Source: Leucoraja ocellata (Eukaryota). From it: 64,000 nt of DNA. Below the pieces are notes generated by a model that saw only the letters and a list, made by a program, of their open reading frames with translations, ran no database searches and was not told where the DNA came from. The position numbers and the translations under genes are program-made. How positions within the stretch are numbered: position 1 is the stretch's first letter; every line of letters begins with the position of its first letter. Below are positions 37,002 to 51,900 of this stretch, piece by piece. The stretch is from NCBI GenBank assembly GCA_036785375.1, contig JAWMAR010000391.1:1550001-1614000 (forward strand), read 5' to 3'.

Positions 37002-38829
37002 TGGTGGGTTGGCACTAGTTTAAGAGACTGTGTTACATTATTACAGGGAATTATACTGTTTGTATCATACGAACAGTTCAGTTAAAGACTTCCTACCACC
37101 TAGGTAGTCTTTAATGTCTACATGAGTCAATGAGTGAAAGTGAAACTTGGCTTTACAGATCAAGTTAGAAAAACCCAGAATGCAACACACTGACAAAGAG
37201 GGTGGGATATGTAGATCAGAACTATAGAAAGATAGACCGGGGTGAATCGTCAGATATGCAAAGGCATTTTCTAAACTAAAATAAGATTTATATATGTAAA
37301 AGGAATGTTAAGATAGCAGGGATGGTACAAATAGGATATACTTGAAAGCTCAATTTAACATTCAAAAAGCTAAAAAAAACTGCACTTTTAAAATACCAAC
37401 ATCAAGACAAATCCACAGAGAAACCATCCATTCTCAATCCCCAACTTGTATGTCACTGAGTTCCTATTCTATCAGGTTCCTTTTGCCAACACTGAATTAT
37501 TCGGATGATATCAATGGAAAATGACTCATGTGGTATTTTTCCCCAATAGATTCACAAGGCTGAAAAATTTGTGATCGCAAACTCCCTGAATTAATTGAAA
37601 TGTTTAACATGGACAATGACCACACCGCTAAACTATGAATAGATTATCTCTAATAAGCCAGTTGTGAAGAGATTTTGAAAGTATCGAAACTCCATGTTAT
37701 TGAAACAGGTGGCAATAGTCATGTTCTAAGTACAAAATGATATGTAGTACCACTAAAGGCCAATATTTGAGGTCATCTTATCCTGTAATAATATCCTGTG
37801 ATATTACTCAGTGTTTCTAATATCACCTGATTAAAAGCTGTAAACTGAAAATTAGGATGGGAATAGATTCATAATATTTTCTCTTTGCATTTTTAAATAA
37901 AAAACTGGTAAGACACTAATCGAATTATAGTTTGTCACGTTACATAGAAGCAAACCAAGATAGGCATTTGACTGTTTCGCTAAACTGATAAAATGTGGAC
38001 GAGCTCAAAAATAGATTTGAATACACGTTGTCCTCTAATTTGCAATTCCTATTTTCCTATTGAACATAAATAATAAAATAGCCTTCGTTCGTGAAAGATA
38101 CACAATTTTTCTGCAGTTGCATTCATATTACAGTGACATCTAAGCAAATTATCCCCAGTATGAGGAGCCCATCAGAATAGGATGATTTTCAGTTCCAGCA
38201 GTTTGTTAAGCATCGGATCTCAAGTATTGGTTGCAAATTGTCAATGTAATTGGGAGCCATAATTATAATGAATACCTTTAAACTGTATCATTATAGCTTA
38301 AACACATGGCAGTCACTACTTTCCGCAGGCAGTAAACCTCATTGCAAAACATGTCTGTCTAAAACACATTGGCATTGACTCATTAAATAAGTTCAAGAAA
38401 AATCTTGCTTTTGGTAAGTCTTGCTTTATCCATTAATTAGACAATTCCTGTGCACACAGACCTTACAGAAGGCATTTTCCCTTTCCTCCTGCAGCACAGT
38501 TGAATGCAGAATAAAAATATTGGACAAAGGCAAGACAAATTACAGAGTGCACAAAACATGCAACTATCTAGCTGTGCCTTACAGAATACATTTACAGAAG
38601 TTTATTTTCACTATAACAAACATAGCTAATCATAAAGACATAAATGCTACCTCTGCTATTCATAAGTAGTGCTTTAGCAATAATCTGCATAGGACAAATG
38701 TAGCAAGGTGCTACATTAATAGTTGTAATAAGGAAATAAACTAATGCACAACATTAAACGCTGGAAAATCTTTAGCTGCAATTGTCCACATTTTAACATG
38801 CTTGCCCCTGAGTTTTCACAGACACTCAC

Positions 38830-38907
38830 CTCTTTACCACCCATCGACTCAAACATTTTCTCCAGCTGGACCCTCAGTTGTTGGATGTTGTTCATCAGGA
38901 TGCAAGG
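38830..38907 (-). CDS. UNC13C: UNC13C-like coding exon 6 in window (78 nt)
   Basis: ttgcAG|CCT TGC...AAA GAG|GTGAGT; [26 protein letters not shown]. Confidence 0.96.
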
Positions 38908-39199
38908 CTGCAAGAAGTTTGATCAATAAATCATTTAGAAGTGCCTAACAGTGTTAACCCAAAGACCACACAGAAATGATTGAGACAAATTATGCATGAG
39001 AGATGAAAATGCCATACAATTAGCCTGCTGTTTCTATTTAATTATATAACTGAAAGAAATATACGATACAGGACAACAGTTTAACCAGTTTCCACGACCA
39101 GTGGCAGTCTGATACGAGTATTAAATGGTGCCTGGTGAGCATTGAAATCCAGATGAGCGCCTGATTTGGAGAAAGTTTACATTAACAGAAAACTTAATT

Positions 39200-39480
39200 T
39201 GATTTTGTTTTGGCAATACAGCATGGAAATAGGCTCATTGGCCCACCAAGTCCCCGCTGACCATCGATCACCAGTTAATCACCACTTAATCATCCACTGC
39301 CTACACTCTAGGGGCAATTTACACCATCCAGTTAGCCTATAAACCCACATGCCTTTGGGATGTGGGAGGAAACATCCAGAGAAAACCTACACAGTCGCAG
39401 GGATAACTTACAGACTCCGCACATACAATACCCGAGGTCAAGATCGAATCTGCGTCCCTGGCGCTATGAGGCAGCAGCTG
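39200..39480 (-). mobile_element. Diverged V-SINE
   Basis: atacagcatggaaataggc...gcctttgggatgtgggaggaaac...gaggtcaagatcgaatc. Confidence 0.7.
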
Positions 39481-39864
39481 GACCAGTAAAATTTACAAAC
39501 CAAGTTTTCAAGATAGGGAAATGCTAATCAAAAAAAAAAAAATCAATGGGTGAATACATGAAACTGAATCATGCGACATTTAGTCTGTGCCAAGTTATCT
39601 GAAAAAAAACCCAGAAAATGCTGGAGAGCTCAGCAGGTCAAGCCTGCTCTGTGGTGAGAGAAATAGTTCATGCCACTGGCCTCAGATCTGAATCGTTGCA
39701 ATGCCAACACAGTACGAGGTTGATTATTCCTCATGAACACCTTCAGTTAGAATTCCAGTGCCCTTTATTATTCACTAAAAATCAGAGCTTGATGACAGTC
39801 AGATTTTGCAGTTTTCTTTTCCATCCCTTATTGACAATCAGTATGTAGACTGAGATATGATGAA

Positions 39865-40560
39865 CAGTCATAGAGCATAGTCCCTTCGGTCCACTATGCC
39901 CATGCTGATCACTGTACCATTATATACTAATCCCATTTCCCTTCATTAGGTATGTATCATTATATGCTTTCAAATGCTGTCTGGATGCTTCTTGTTGTAA
40001 TCGTACCTGACTTTACCACTATCGTTGAAAGCAAGTTCCAGATATCAACCACTTTTGATGTGAAAATATTGCTCCTCTAATCCCCTGTAAACCTCCTTCT
40101 TCTTACTTTGAAACTATGCCCTCTTGTTTTAGACCTTCCCCACCCTGTGGAAAAAATTACGGCTATCTATATTTCTCATAAATTCATACACCTCCACCAG
40201 GTCACCCCTCCACCTCTTTCCTCCAGGGAAAACAAGCCCACTCTACTCAATCTATCCTCATGACTAAATTCTCCAAACCAAACAACATCCTGGTGAAAAT
40301 GTAGTTCAAGCAACTGCAGATGCTGGATAATACACAAAAAGAAACAAGTGCTGGAGTAACTCAGCGGGCCAGGCAGTATTGCTGGAGAACATGGATAGGT
40401 GATGTTTTGGGTTGAGACCCTTCTTCAGACTCCCTTCTCCACATTCTTCCTCTAGTGTTACAGCTAGGACATCACACTGTGTCCAAGAGTGACCAAATTT
40501 ATATCCTGTGCCCTGTCCGATGTAGGAAAATATGCCATATGCCTTCTTCATCACACCACT
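39865..40560 (-). mobile_element. Old CR1 3' fragment interrupted by a Penelope terminus (about 40305-40431)
   Basis: actatgccctcttgttttag (TRGH motif on minus strand); inserted aactgcagatgctgg...gagacccttcttcagac. Confidence 0.7.
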
Positions 40561-43255
40561 TTCAGGGAACTCTATATAGCTCAAGGCGCAAGTCCAAGTA
40601 ATATCACAGTGAAGGGTGAGAACATAAGATGTGCATTGAGTGGTTCTGAACCCTAGCGTATCTCAATGGTCTTTGGCAGCTTACAAACCCTGGATGTAAT
40701 TTCACCAGCTGTAAAAGATGAAAGTAGTTTTTAGTTGTCTTCAAATGCCTCTGACATTTAAATTATAGGGTCAGAGAGACACAGCATAGGGCACGTTATT
40801 GGCCAACTGTGTCTACACCAACCATCAAGCACCCTTGTTGATACTAATCCTACCCTAACCCAATTTATTCCCTCCTAACAAAGTGCCATCGACTGGAAAT
40901 GTTCACCCTTATTTCCCTTCCCACAGATGCTGCCTAAACTGGTGGGTATTTCCAGCATTTTCGGTTTTTGATTTCCAGCATCTGCAGTTTTTTAACACTG
41001 ATGTTATACTCCCCACATTCTGATCAATCCCCCTATCAACAGATTCTACCACCTACCAATCTAACCTATTGTTTGTTTTTGTGGTACGCAAGGAAACCAG
41101 ACCCAGAGGAAACTCACATGGTCACAGCAAAAATATGCAAACTCCACACAGACAGCAGCTCTACCCATTGTCCCTCTGCATCAATCTTTAAAAATCATTT
41201 ATTTAACAATGAATAAATACAATTAACTTACAACTCGGAAATAAATGAAGATATTAAAGCACTGTGTGAAATAATGAAAAAAAAAGGCAATTCCTTTTTC
41301 TTTGCCTTCTAACATTCTACCCTAAGTCCCTGCAGAAACCACTGGAGTGTGGGATGCCACACCTGGTTTAACCTGGTGCAAGATCTCAGAGGCAATTTCC
41401 CCACTGCCATGGTGGGAATCCCAGCAAAACTACAGACTGCCACAGGACTACACTTTGTCACAAATGAATTTTACATGAATGCAATTATATTTCCTCTCAT
41501 GTTAAGCATTTTCAGCCTTCAATCCTCTAACTCAGGTCTTCAGTCTATCCCTCTCATATTTTTACCTCACCATTGAGATAATCTTCAGCCCCTGGTCCTA
41601 CCATCCAGAGCTGCCTTCTTAAGCCCTTCATTTCTCCTCTCCCTACAATGTCCTCTCCAAACATCTCCAAAGACTGACTCCGAGGTCCACCATTTTTACC
41701 TTTCCCTACTGTGTGTGTGTTTAATGCTTGAAGCATTTTGTCCATCAAAATTCTGTTTAATGTCCATTATTACTTAAAATTTAACATGAAATGAATCTCG
41801 TAATAGACCTTATGGTAATATTTAAAAAAAAAGCTTTAATTTGCACTTTCCTGGGGAACTATTTGAAGTTTTTTGAAACAGGAAAATGCATACCATCTTA
41901 ATTAAAGTTCTTGAAGGTAGCATGAGGTCAGGGCAAACATGCAACTCAGATCATCTAGGTTTGGTTTGAGGAAGAATCAAGATAATAAAAATGGATACAT
42001 GTGCATATTTTTAGCACAAATGTTAGTTTCCAAGTTAAAATTGCAACATATTTTCATCTGAAAATCACCCTGATAATGGTTGCTTTATCTACATACCCTA
42101 ATTAGAACATGTAACTAACTACGCTATACTTCAGAAACAACATGCCATATGTTATGTGGGATTCTGCTAACATCATTCATTCAGATTACACGAGGAGGTT
42201 GCTTGAAGATCCTTAAAAAAATCTGTTCTGATACTAATTGTGATGAAATCTGAATACAAAAGGGAACAGAGAGTAAGGAACAGCGGCTGTTGATGATCAC
42301 AATGTGGCAAGTCGTACATGTTTGAAATCAACCTAGCACATTAAGATTCCTAACTCTCAAAGTTCTTAAGATCTAAAGGCTGTTCACTGTAAATGACATA
42401 AGTCTTCAACAAGGCCTTCCTATCACTAAATGCTGCAGAGTAGGAGAGAATTTCCTAGACGTGTGGTAACCTCAATGTGGTTGACATTGCATTTGATCTC
42501 TGTAATCTACCCAGGTGGGCTTGATGTTGTAATTTAACACTCTGAGCCTTTAAGATTTCAATAATGCACTACTCTTACTTTATGCAAATAAGTCCAAATA
42601 TTAATAACTAAAAATGTTATGACTTAAAAATCCCAACCAATATTTTTTAAGTTCTATTACTTATTTCCAATTATCCTGCTGATAAACATTCTACCACCTC
42701 CTTCGCACACACTGTCACAAATAATAACGCAGAACTCAGAGATTTAATTTATTAAGGATTCTGTGTTTTTAAGAGCAATTAAATTTCCAATCTGTATTTT
42801 CTTATAAATAAAAGCCTTAATAGAATGATAACATCTGTGCTAATAATAGTTATCCGATTAATATAAACAGGGATGACATTTAGCATCATGCCAAACAACA
42901 TTAAATGGTTGAATCATTAAAATTAACACATTAAATATAATCTTAATTTACAATTGAACCAGAATGATTCTCAGCCTAGTCACAAGTATTGAGCACCATC
43001 AACAGCAAACGTATTCGGAGCTGCATTTAGAAACATTCAGAGGAAGCTCATTAGCAGTTGCTAATAAGTCCATTACTAAATAGCCTGACCAAACTTTCTT
43101 CCTGCAGAGGAGTCATTTGACATTCCCACACTATGTTGCTTGTATTTGATCCAGTTTCCACTACATTAAAGAATAAGAACAAGCTGCCATTGAGCCAGAG
43201 TACTACACCAACATTTGAAACCACAGCAAAGGATTCACGGGACATGTTTACCCAC

Positions 43256-43333
43256 CAGCTTCTCCTTGGAACAGTGTGAGCTGAATTCTTTTGCGATAAT
43301 AGCAGCATATTGGAGGAGAACTTTATTGATAGT
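43256..43333 (-). CDS. UNC13C: UNC13C-like coding exon 5 in window (78 nt)
   Basis: tgcAG|ACT ATC...AAG CTG|GTGGGT; TINKVLLQYAAIIAKEFSSHCSKEKL. Confidence 0.93.
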
Positions 43334-43815
43334 CTGCAATAAAGAAGGAAAGGTTTAACCATCCTGGCTCATACAACGAGTCACTGAGATTTTTGCCAAG
43401 ATAATTATTGATCAAATACATCATGGAATCTAGTGCACAAAAAAATAACATTCGTATAATGATTCAGACTGCAATTTGTACTAACTTTTGCAATTAGTGT
43501 AGATATAATCTTGTGATATATTTTAGGGCTAGAGAAAATAAATGACAAATTTTCCTCAAATTTGTAATAAACTCTAATCCTTTGTGGATTTCACTGTATT
43601 GCAAAGAGTCCAAATGCAGTAGTATTTTAATTGTATTAAATCCAAAGTTAAATATCTTGCACTATTGCACTTGGACACTTCACAATACAGTGAAAGCCGC
43701 AAAGGATAAAAAGAGTAGGAAGGAACTGCTGATGCTGGGAAAAGAGTAACAACTCCACTTTCCGGTTGACAGAAATAAACAAGTAATCAATATTGAAATC
43801 AGTTGACAGTTCTTA

Positions 43816-44025
<210 letters not shown>

Positions 44026-44181
44026 TCATTATGGTTCAATTCTTAAAATACATTAAACTAAATACATTTCTATCAAAGTTAATTTATAATCTATTTCAAC
44101 TGATATTTTGTAGCTCATATAGAAACAATAAAATATGCAGAAAATCTATTGTAAGGTGATCTACAGAATGTTGACACTTGC

Positions 44182-44278
44182 CCCATCTTTTTTGTCTCTT
44201 TCGAGGGCTCCATGTAGAAACTCCATTGAAACATCTTCATTTTCATCCAGCCAATCAATGGCAAAAGGTTCAAACCAC
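44182..44278 (-). CDS. UNC13C: UNC13C-like coding exon 3 in window (97 nt), GC donor
   Basis: acaAG|G TGG...GAT GGG|GCAAGT; [32 protein letters not shown]; the GC donor gives the in-frame join to FQQTSEH. Confidence 0.93.
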
Positions 44279-45078
44279 CTTGTAAATAATTAAGTGAATC
44301 AATAAAACATTTTCAAGAATTCTGTAGGACACTAATTTGCCATTTTATAATGATTTCAAAAGGCCTATTACAGACTTTTTAATCTATGTAATTATTCTTG
44401 ATGAGGAGTGAAACCCATTTATATTAAGTGCAAGGCAGTGGAGAACTTGGGAAGTAAGGGTAACATCAATTATGGACAGGTATCATAGGTTAATGGTGCT
44501 AATGCACAATACATAGCACCAACAGCAACATGTGAAACAACATAGAATCAGACCTTTTGGTCCACTATACAATAGCTTTGAAGCATTCGTATAACACAAC
44601 ACTTTCATTGGAAAGTAGTATAAATAAGATACATCCTGAGGCATAAACAGGATTGGGAATCTGGATGTATCCAAGGCTCTAGATCTATGTAGGCTTAAGA
44701 TTTGCACAAATAGCCACATTTAGAACAAGCATATTTATATATTCACCAGACCGATTGAAGTTGGGCACACCAGGAGGTAAGAGCTCCAACTCAAAATGGA
44801 CAATAATGAATCAGAAGCAAAAATCAGATTGGGTTGGTGAAGCACGAGTTGAGTTACACCCTTGCTCCCCAGAATTATTCCCGTCAAATAAATGGAGGCT
44901 TATTTAAATGTAATTGTAATTCCAACAATACAAACACATGAGCACCATAATTTGCGTTTTAAAGATAATATTTAAATAATTTAGATTTAAAAACCTAAAT
45001 GCATCAGGCCATTTAAGATTACTTTTCCCTCAGGTAATGTTCTGCATCATAGAAATGAATATAAATGTCATTACTTAC

Positions 45079-45205
45079 AAAGAATATTCCGCCACTGCAT
45101 CTTTGGAACCTGGAAGATCTTGCACATATTCATTATAAAACCATTTTACTTTGAAGTGCAAATTCATATAATCGGCACTCTTGCATAATCGATGTTTTTC
45201 ATGTT
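45079..45205 (-). CDS. UNC13C: UNC13C-like coding exon 2 in window (127 nt)
   Basis: acAG|AA CAT...TCT TT|GTAAGT; [41 protein letters not shown]; phase matches both neighbours. Confidence 0.95.
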
Positions 45206-45889
45206 CTGTTATAAAGCACAGTAATATTATATTGAATGAGAACAGCAGTCATGAAAGGATAATTATTTTTATATTTTAAAGTGTACCATTGGTCGAGCCT
45301 AATGTTTCTTTTGAATGATACAAAACCATTATTAAACCTACTAAATTATTAACATATTGATAGAGTAGATTACTCTCACCATTTCCCTTTTGTTCCATGC
45401 AAATTCCCACTATTATACTTTTGAAATTGATAGCCTGTGCAGTAAGTTTAAGAGTGTAAAGAGTGATAAAATTAAAAATCTGGTGAATAATGTCAGTATG
45501 ATCACATATTATGACACTTATAACTACCAAGAACTTTGAGTTATGGTCATAATTATAGCCACGGTGGATATGAAATGCACATTTGCCTTTCCCTATTCAT
45601 GTTAATGCAATGTCATGCCTACTCTCTCAGCCTTTTGCTACAGTACCTGCATAGTTAGGTACAGGGAAACAATATCTAGTATTCTCATAGCTGAGAAAAA
45701 GTCATAAAAGTCTTGTGTGTGGCCAAGAAACTATGGGTGGAGGAGGTGCAGGCGTATCTCTGTCTCACCCATAAGAGCTGTTTAGGTCTCAGGATGGTGG
45801 TGAAGAAGCACTGCAGGGATTATTGCTGAAAAACAAGTTGCCTGAGAATGTAGTTGAGGATGACACCATAATTGGTCCTACAGCCAGAC

Positions 45890-46735
45890 AGTGAAGATGT
45901 CTGAGATGACAACAAGATCTGGATCAACTGGTAAAGTGGGCCAAGGAATGGCAGGTGGAATATAACTCAGACAAGTGAGAAGTATTGCATTCATCTCTTT
46001 TCAGCCTCGGCCACTACCTCCCCCCTTCTGTCTGGCCGCATCTGCCCATTTTGTGTTCTTATCCGCTTCCATCCACCAAATATCAGCTTCTGTCTCAGAA
46101 CTCCCTCCCCCCTCCTTCCAACTTGGCTCCATCTGCCCATCTTCCCCCACCTCACCTGGTTCCATTTCACTTCCTGTCTCATCCCTCCCCCTCACCTCTT
46201 TCCAGTGGTTGTCTCCCCTCTACATTCTCAAACCCTAAACATCTGTGTTGCTGAGTTCCTCCAATAGTTTTCCTTTTTGTTCCAGATTCCTGTGTCTCCA
46301 GTCTCTCATATCATTAGGATGTTGCCTGGATTGTAGGAATTCAGCTATGGAGAGAGACTAGTTAGGCTGGGTTTGTTTTCTCTGGAGCAAAGGAAGTTGA
46401 GGATGACTGATAGAGGTATATAAAATGCGGGTAGATATTCAGAATCTCTATCCCATGACAAAACATGAGGGCATCGATTTGAAGTCAGAGGAATAAATTT
46501 TAAAGGGGATGTGAGGGGAATTTATTTTTTGCACAGAGATCTGGAATACTCTGCCAGAGTAGGTGGAGGAATCAGATGCAATCACTTGAAAATACACATA
46601 GACAGGCACTTAAATGGGCAAGGTACGAAAGAATGTGTGCTTAATCCAGGCAAATGTGATTTGTGTAAAAGAGCAAAAATGTTGGCATATACATGGTGGA
46701 CCAAAGGCCTATTTGTATGCTGTACAACTCTCTGA
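45890..46735 (+). mobile_element. Old CR1 3' fragment interrupted by a pyrimidine-rich Penelope-type tail (about 45990-46300)
   Basis: QQDLDQLVKWAKEWQVEYNSDK at about 45910-45975; CR1 tail at 46440-46735. Confidence 0.7.
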
Positions 46736-46810
46736 GATGATCAATCAGGAACAAAGGCAAAGGCAGAGTTTGTAAGGAGGAGAGAGATTACTGAAAGGTA
46801 ATGATTGTCT

Positions 46811-47851
46811 GATTGGGAAAACGTCAGATGAATTTTTACAAGTTTAATAAGTAAGGTTGTTATTTTGGTTCAGTGCATTTGGAATCTACGATGTACCTGA
46901 CCAAGCAGAAACATATTTTCCGTCCTACCTAGCAGATCAATAATGTTGCAACTAAACCAAGGCCTGTGTAATGGTTTATTTCGGGGAATGCATAGATTGA
47001 AAAAATTCATGAAGGTTGTAAAATTCAATCAAACTTTTGTTCAATAAGGTCACTAAGTTCCTATAATACAGCACAACCCTCGAAATACAGTGTAACAAAA
47101 TGGTCTGGGGATGAAACATCTTGCTTTGACATGTTCAGCTACTGGCACTAGCAGTGTGTTGGGGATTCTGATGGGAATAAGATATTCTTCTCTTTACTTG
47201 CAAAACCTTCAGGGAATTTTGTGTGAACCCTGTACACACTCTATTGCCCCCAAAAGACTTCATATGAACTTCCCAGCAAACAGTGCACCCCCCACAAACA
47301 GCTGCAGGCAGCAGGAGAAGACATAAGGCTGGTCCCAGGTTCCTTCCCCTCAGGAGGAATCATTAGTGTGATTCAAGCTGACTGCATGCCCATCAAATTT
47401 TAAATTAGGCACCTCTAATGAAAAGATTCTGTGCCTCGAGCTAATGTCATTCTGTGAGCAACAAGCACCCGCTGAAAGTCTTCCAAAACCATTTTGCCGA
47501 TCTCTCAAATCTGTGCACAAGGTTGCCATCTGTAACCACACAGCCTTTTGATCGACATCATTTAGAGCATTAATTACCAATAAAAATATCTTCAAGGAAA
47601 TGAAAAATGCCATCTTGTCATAAGTTTGATTGAACTTTACAACCTTCAAGAATTTTTCCAATCTATGCCTTTTCTAAAATAAATCATCAGTCAGGCCTCG
47701 AATTTATTGTTGGAACTTTATGGATCTGCTTGGTAGAAGGACAAAATATTTTTCTTGGTCATCAGGTACATTATAGTTGCCAAATGCACTTAACCAAAAT
47801 AGATCAGCTTACCTCTTAAAGTTGTAAAATTAATCTGATATTTTCCAGATC
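46811..47851. repeat. Diverged long inverted repeat (arms about 46811-47040 and 47615-47851)
   Basis: gcatagattgaaaaaattcatgaaggttgtaaaattcaatcaaactt matches the reverse complement of aagtttgattgaactttacaaccttcaagaatttttccaatctatgc; similarity continues for about 230 bp. Confidence 0.85.
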
Positions 47852-48619
47852 CATCTTACACTGAGAAATTGATTCAGGCTATTTTCAGTATGCTGTAATG
47901 AGAATTTAGCATTTTTCACAAAATTCATTATTATTATTTCAAACTGAAATTAGAATTAATTTAGATGAAATTACATTAATAAAAATGTCTTTCTAAAACA
48001 GCTGTCACTATCAAAAGGCTTCAATTAACACTTTTGAAATTTTAATAGCTGCACAATTCAGGGGAATATTGGTGTGATTTCTGTTGATGTATCTATTGCT
48101 TCCACCACTTCTATTCCTTCACAGCATTTTGGCAATGCTGGTGTCTGACCTAAAGATTAAAACTAAAGATTGGATCTGCTTGGACATAATTGATTTTGAC
48201 TATTCCAGGTTAAATGCAGGACACATACAAGTTACCGGTATAGTGTTTATATTATCATAATAAAAGATATAAAAGATCGCATACTTATGCTTTCCTTCAA
48301 CTGTAGAATGTACCACTCCCATTGCAAGAACTGTTATTTTACTGTATTTGAGAGGCATGGATTGTTTATGTGTTAAGCCAATGTCTTCTTATATTTGCAC
48401 ATATCTGATTGCAGATGATCTGCTTATGATATTATCAGGTCTTCTAACAACAGAGAATGGAACACCATTTTTTTAAAGAACGTATACCAGTAAATTTTGA
48501 CTATTTCATCTAGACTGTGGGGGCATTCCCAAAGGAATCAATTCCAACATAATTATTTTGTTAAGATTTTGCAATTCTAGGCTCATAAGAATGTATCAGA
48601 AATATGGGGAATACAAAAA

Positions 48620-48940
48620 AGAATGAATGCAGAGTCTTTTACCCAGGGTAGGGGAATGAACAAAATCAGAGGACATAGGCATAAGGTGAGAGGGGCAAAG
48701 TTTAATACCAACCTGAGGGACAACTTTTTCACTCAGAAGGTGGTGGACATATGGAACAAGCTGTCAGCGTAGGTAGTTGAGGCAGATACTATAACAGCAT
48801 TGGACAGGTACATGGACAGGAAGGGTATAGAGGAATATGGGCCTAATGCGGGTAAATGGGACCAGTTTAGATGGGGCATCTTGGTCGGCATGTTCGGGCT
48901 AGGTCAAAGGGCTTGTTTCCATGCTGTATGACTGTGACTA
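48620..48940 (+). mobile_element. CR1 3' end
   Basis: agaggacataggcataaggtgagaggg, tttttcactcagaaggtggtg, tail gtttccatgctgtatgactgtgact. Confidence 0.85.
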
Positions 48941-51900
48941 AATAAGTCAGTGTGTTACTTTTGAGTTCTATTGTCATATTTCAACTAAAATATTATATAA
49001 CTTACACATTTTCTGCTCATGCAATTCTAGAAGTGTAAGTTAAGCCGAAGTGCAACAAAACTTTACATACTAATAAAATCTACTATTATCACAATCCTAT
49101 TGAAGACATTAATCTACTTAAAGTACATATTATGGCAATGATTTTAGGCTTGGGATTTGGGTGCTTCAGGGTTTAGTGCCTTGTATCTCGTGCATAATTT
49201 TATCCCTGCCAATAAGACGTAATAAGATCTGTTTCCTCTCCAGTCCTTGTAGAAAATATTCCACAAAATCAATTTCTAAATTAGATAAATACGATCAATT
49301 TTATGAAATAACATTGCGCCAATGCTTTTTTCATCACATTACAGTACAATAGGTTTTCTGAGATAATAGCTCACAGCATTTTAATGTAACTCTATCCCCT
49401 CAATTTAACTTAAATATTGGAGTACAAACTGCGATGCATGAATTTATTTGACTCTGCCCACAGCACTTGAAAACCCGCGAATTGAGATGCTGAGATTCTG
49501 TACAATTTACCTTGTGGAGCTATTAAATACCACGTGTCACCTGGTCTATCAACAATAATGTAAAAGTTGACATTACAATATTTCCATTAATGTGTAGTAT
49601 TTATATATTTGGCGATAACAATTTTCACTCTCAAAACTGATCTTCAAATTTTTTTTTCATTTGATAAATAGAAATATTTTGCAATAAAATTATAAAATTA
49701 AAAGGCTAACTGATTGAAATCTAACTACTCAGAAGCAAATCCAAAAAATGTAAAAACTCAGTAGGTCAGGCAGCATCTGTGGAAGGAGAAACAGACAACA
49801 TTACAGGCTTGCAATCCTTCCTCAGAACTGGGAAAGTTAGTTTTCCAGAGGAGAGAAGATGGGAGAGGAATGTGGAGGACAAAGGGAATGTCTGTGATAG
49901 GATGATTTGAAATGGGTACAATTATCAGTACTTTAAGATTCTAGGCCTGTGTGAGGCATTGTTAATGGTAAAGCGGTGAGCTTTGCCCTGAGGCTAGCTT
50001 TATGCATGCAGGATATGAAACAAAAACTGAACATGGAAAATGGTGGAAACATTAAACAAGTCAGGCAGCATCTGTGGAATGACCAACAGTTAATGTTTCA
50101 GATGAAGAGTCCTTAATCGAAACTGAGAAAGAGATAAATGTTAATCTTGGGTGGCAGTGAATGTAGTTGAAGACAAGGGAAGTGCTCTGAAAGATTTAAC
50201 GCAGTAGAACATTCTGCAATAATCCGTATCACAGCTGGACATCCCCAGGAAATCTGCAGCAATGTCTGGGGGCTCACTAGATTGGCCTCCAGCATAACAG
50301 TCAGTCTTTGTGTCTGCTGTGACTTCAGGTTAGTCCTACCAGGGCTCTGTAGTGATGTGTTTACTCAAAGGCAAACTCACCTCTCCAATCCAGTTCCTCT
50401 GCCTATGTTTGTAATGTGACGTGTAGCTACATTGGTTGAGAGGAATTCAAATGCAACAACACTAATTGGGCCATTTATTGCTAAGTTTTACTTGACAACA
50501 TTATTGACCACAATTAGGTCATTTAACTTCCAACACAATTTATGCCTTGAATTGCAACAAATTAGTCAATGGTTACCTTCTTCTTGATTGTTTAAAACTC
50601 AATATTTAGGAAATGGTATCACTATAGACAACACTTCGATCTGATCGATGGGGGCTGTGGAGAGGGTGCAGAGAGTGTAGGGTGTGGAATGTGGCCTGGG
50701 TTAGAGCGCCAGGCAACACAAGTGGGTGGAGGGGTGGGGATGGACAGGGGAGGCTGAAACGTGTGGGAGAGAAGTTGTTGGCAGCAAGTAAGTGGCGAAG
50801 GATTGGGATCTAGGACTATTGAAAGATTGGATATTTATGCCTTGGGAACCTGGACCTGCATTGTGGGTGCAGAGGTTGGTAAGACAGGAAAATATGTCAG
50901 GATCCACCTCACAGCTTTCTCAATCCACCATTAAAACCAATAATGGCTGTTCCTTGGAGTTCTGGAGGGGTGCAGGAGGCAGCACCTTAAAGAATTGACT
51001 TTGAATTATGGTAATGATCAGAAACAACTGATTATGGACCACTGAGAACAATATATTGATATTGAGATGGTTCTTGGAAATTGGCTATTGCAGACTATCC
51101 ACTTATAGTATTTGTTAGTAGTGACTGACTATTATGTGCTTCATATTATCAAGAGCCTGCTTATGCTAGTTAGAATGAGTAGCAGCTCGGGGATGTGATG
51201 ACTGCGGATCCGTGCTCTATGTAGATTTAATAAACGTGTCGTATCTTGATGTGTGTTTGAGTCGACTCATTACGGTTCTGTTCTACTTCAAACATTGTCA
51301 GGTTTTGACAAAGTTAATAAAATAAAATCTTGAGTATTTCTCATCCTTCGGAAAGTGCTGGAGTTAAATAAATAGCTGCTAAACCAATTACCCTTTTCAA
51401 TATATTTGAACCAGAGGTAACCTTTGGATGCACATTAATTAAAGATAACCATTGTAGATCTTATAATGCAAAGATGAAAGGTTGACATTGTTTAGTAACT
51501 AATGCATTTTGCAGACCCCTTTAGCGAGAGCAATTTTATTTTGATAAATTAATCTCTCTCCCTCGCATACATTGTACTGGTTTTCAGATGTGGATTGAAC
51601 TACTCAGTAGGTTGTATTCAACACCATGACCACACATCAGCTAATAATATTTGGAATGTACATGATTCTGGTAAAAAAATAACAGAACCGTGTTAGCATT
51701 CCCTCCATCAGTGTGAAGTCTCAAAATGGAAGATTATATTGAGTACAAACATATGTGGGACCAGCAATTCACTTGTGCCAGTGGAGAGCTTTCAATGGTC
51801 ATTACACAGTGATTAGTGCATCAATTATTATTTTGGGCAGCAGTCTGCTACTGCAAACTCAGCTGCACCTGGGACAAGACATCACGTGCAACAGAATGTG

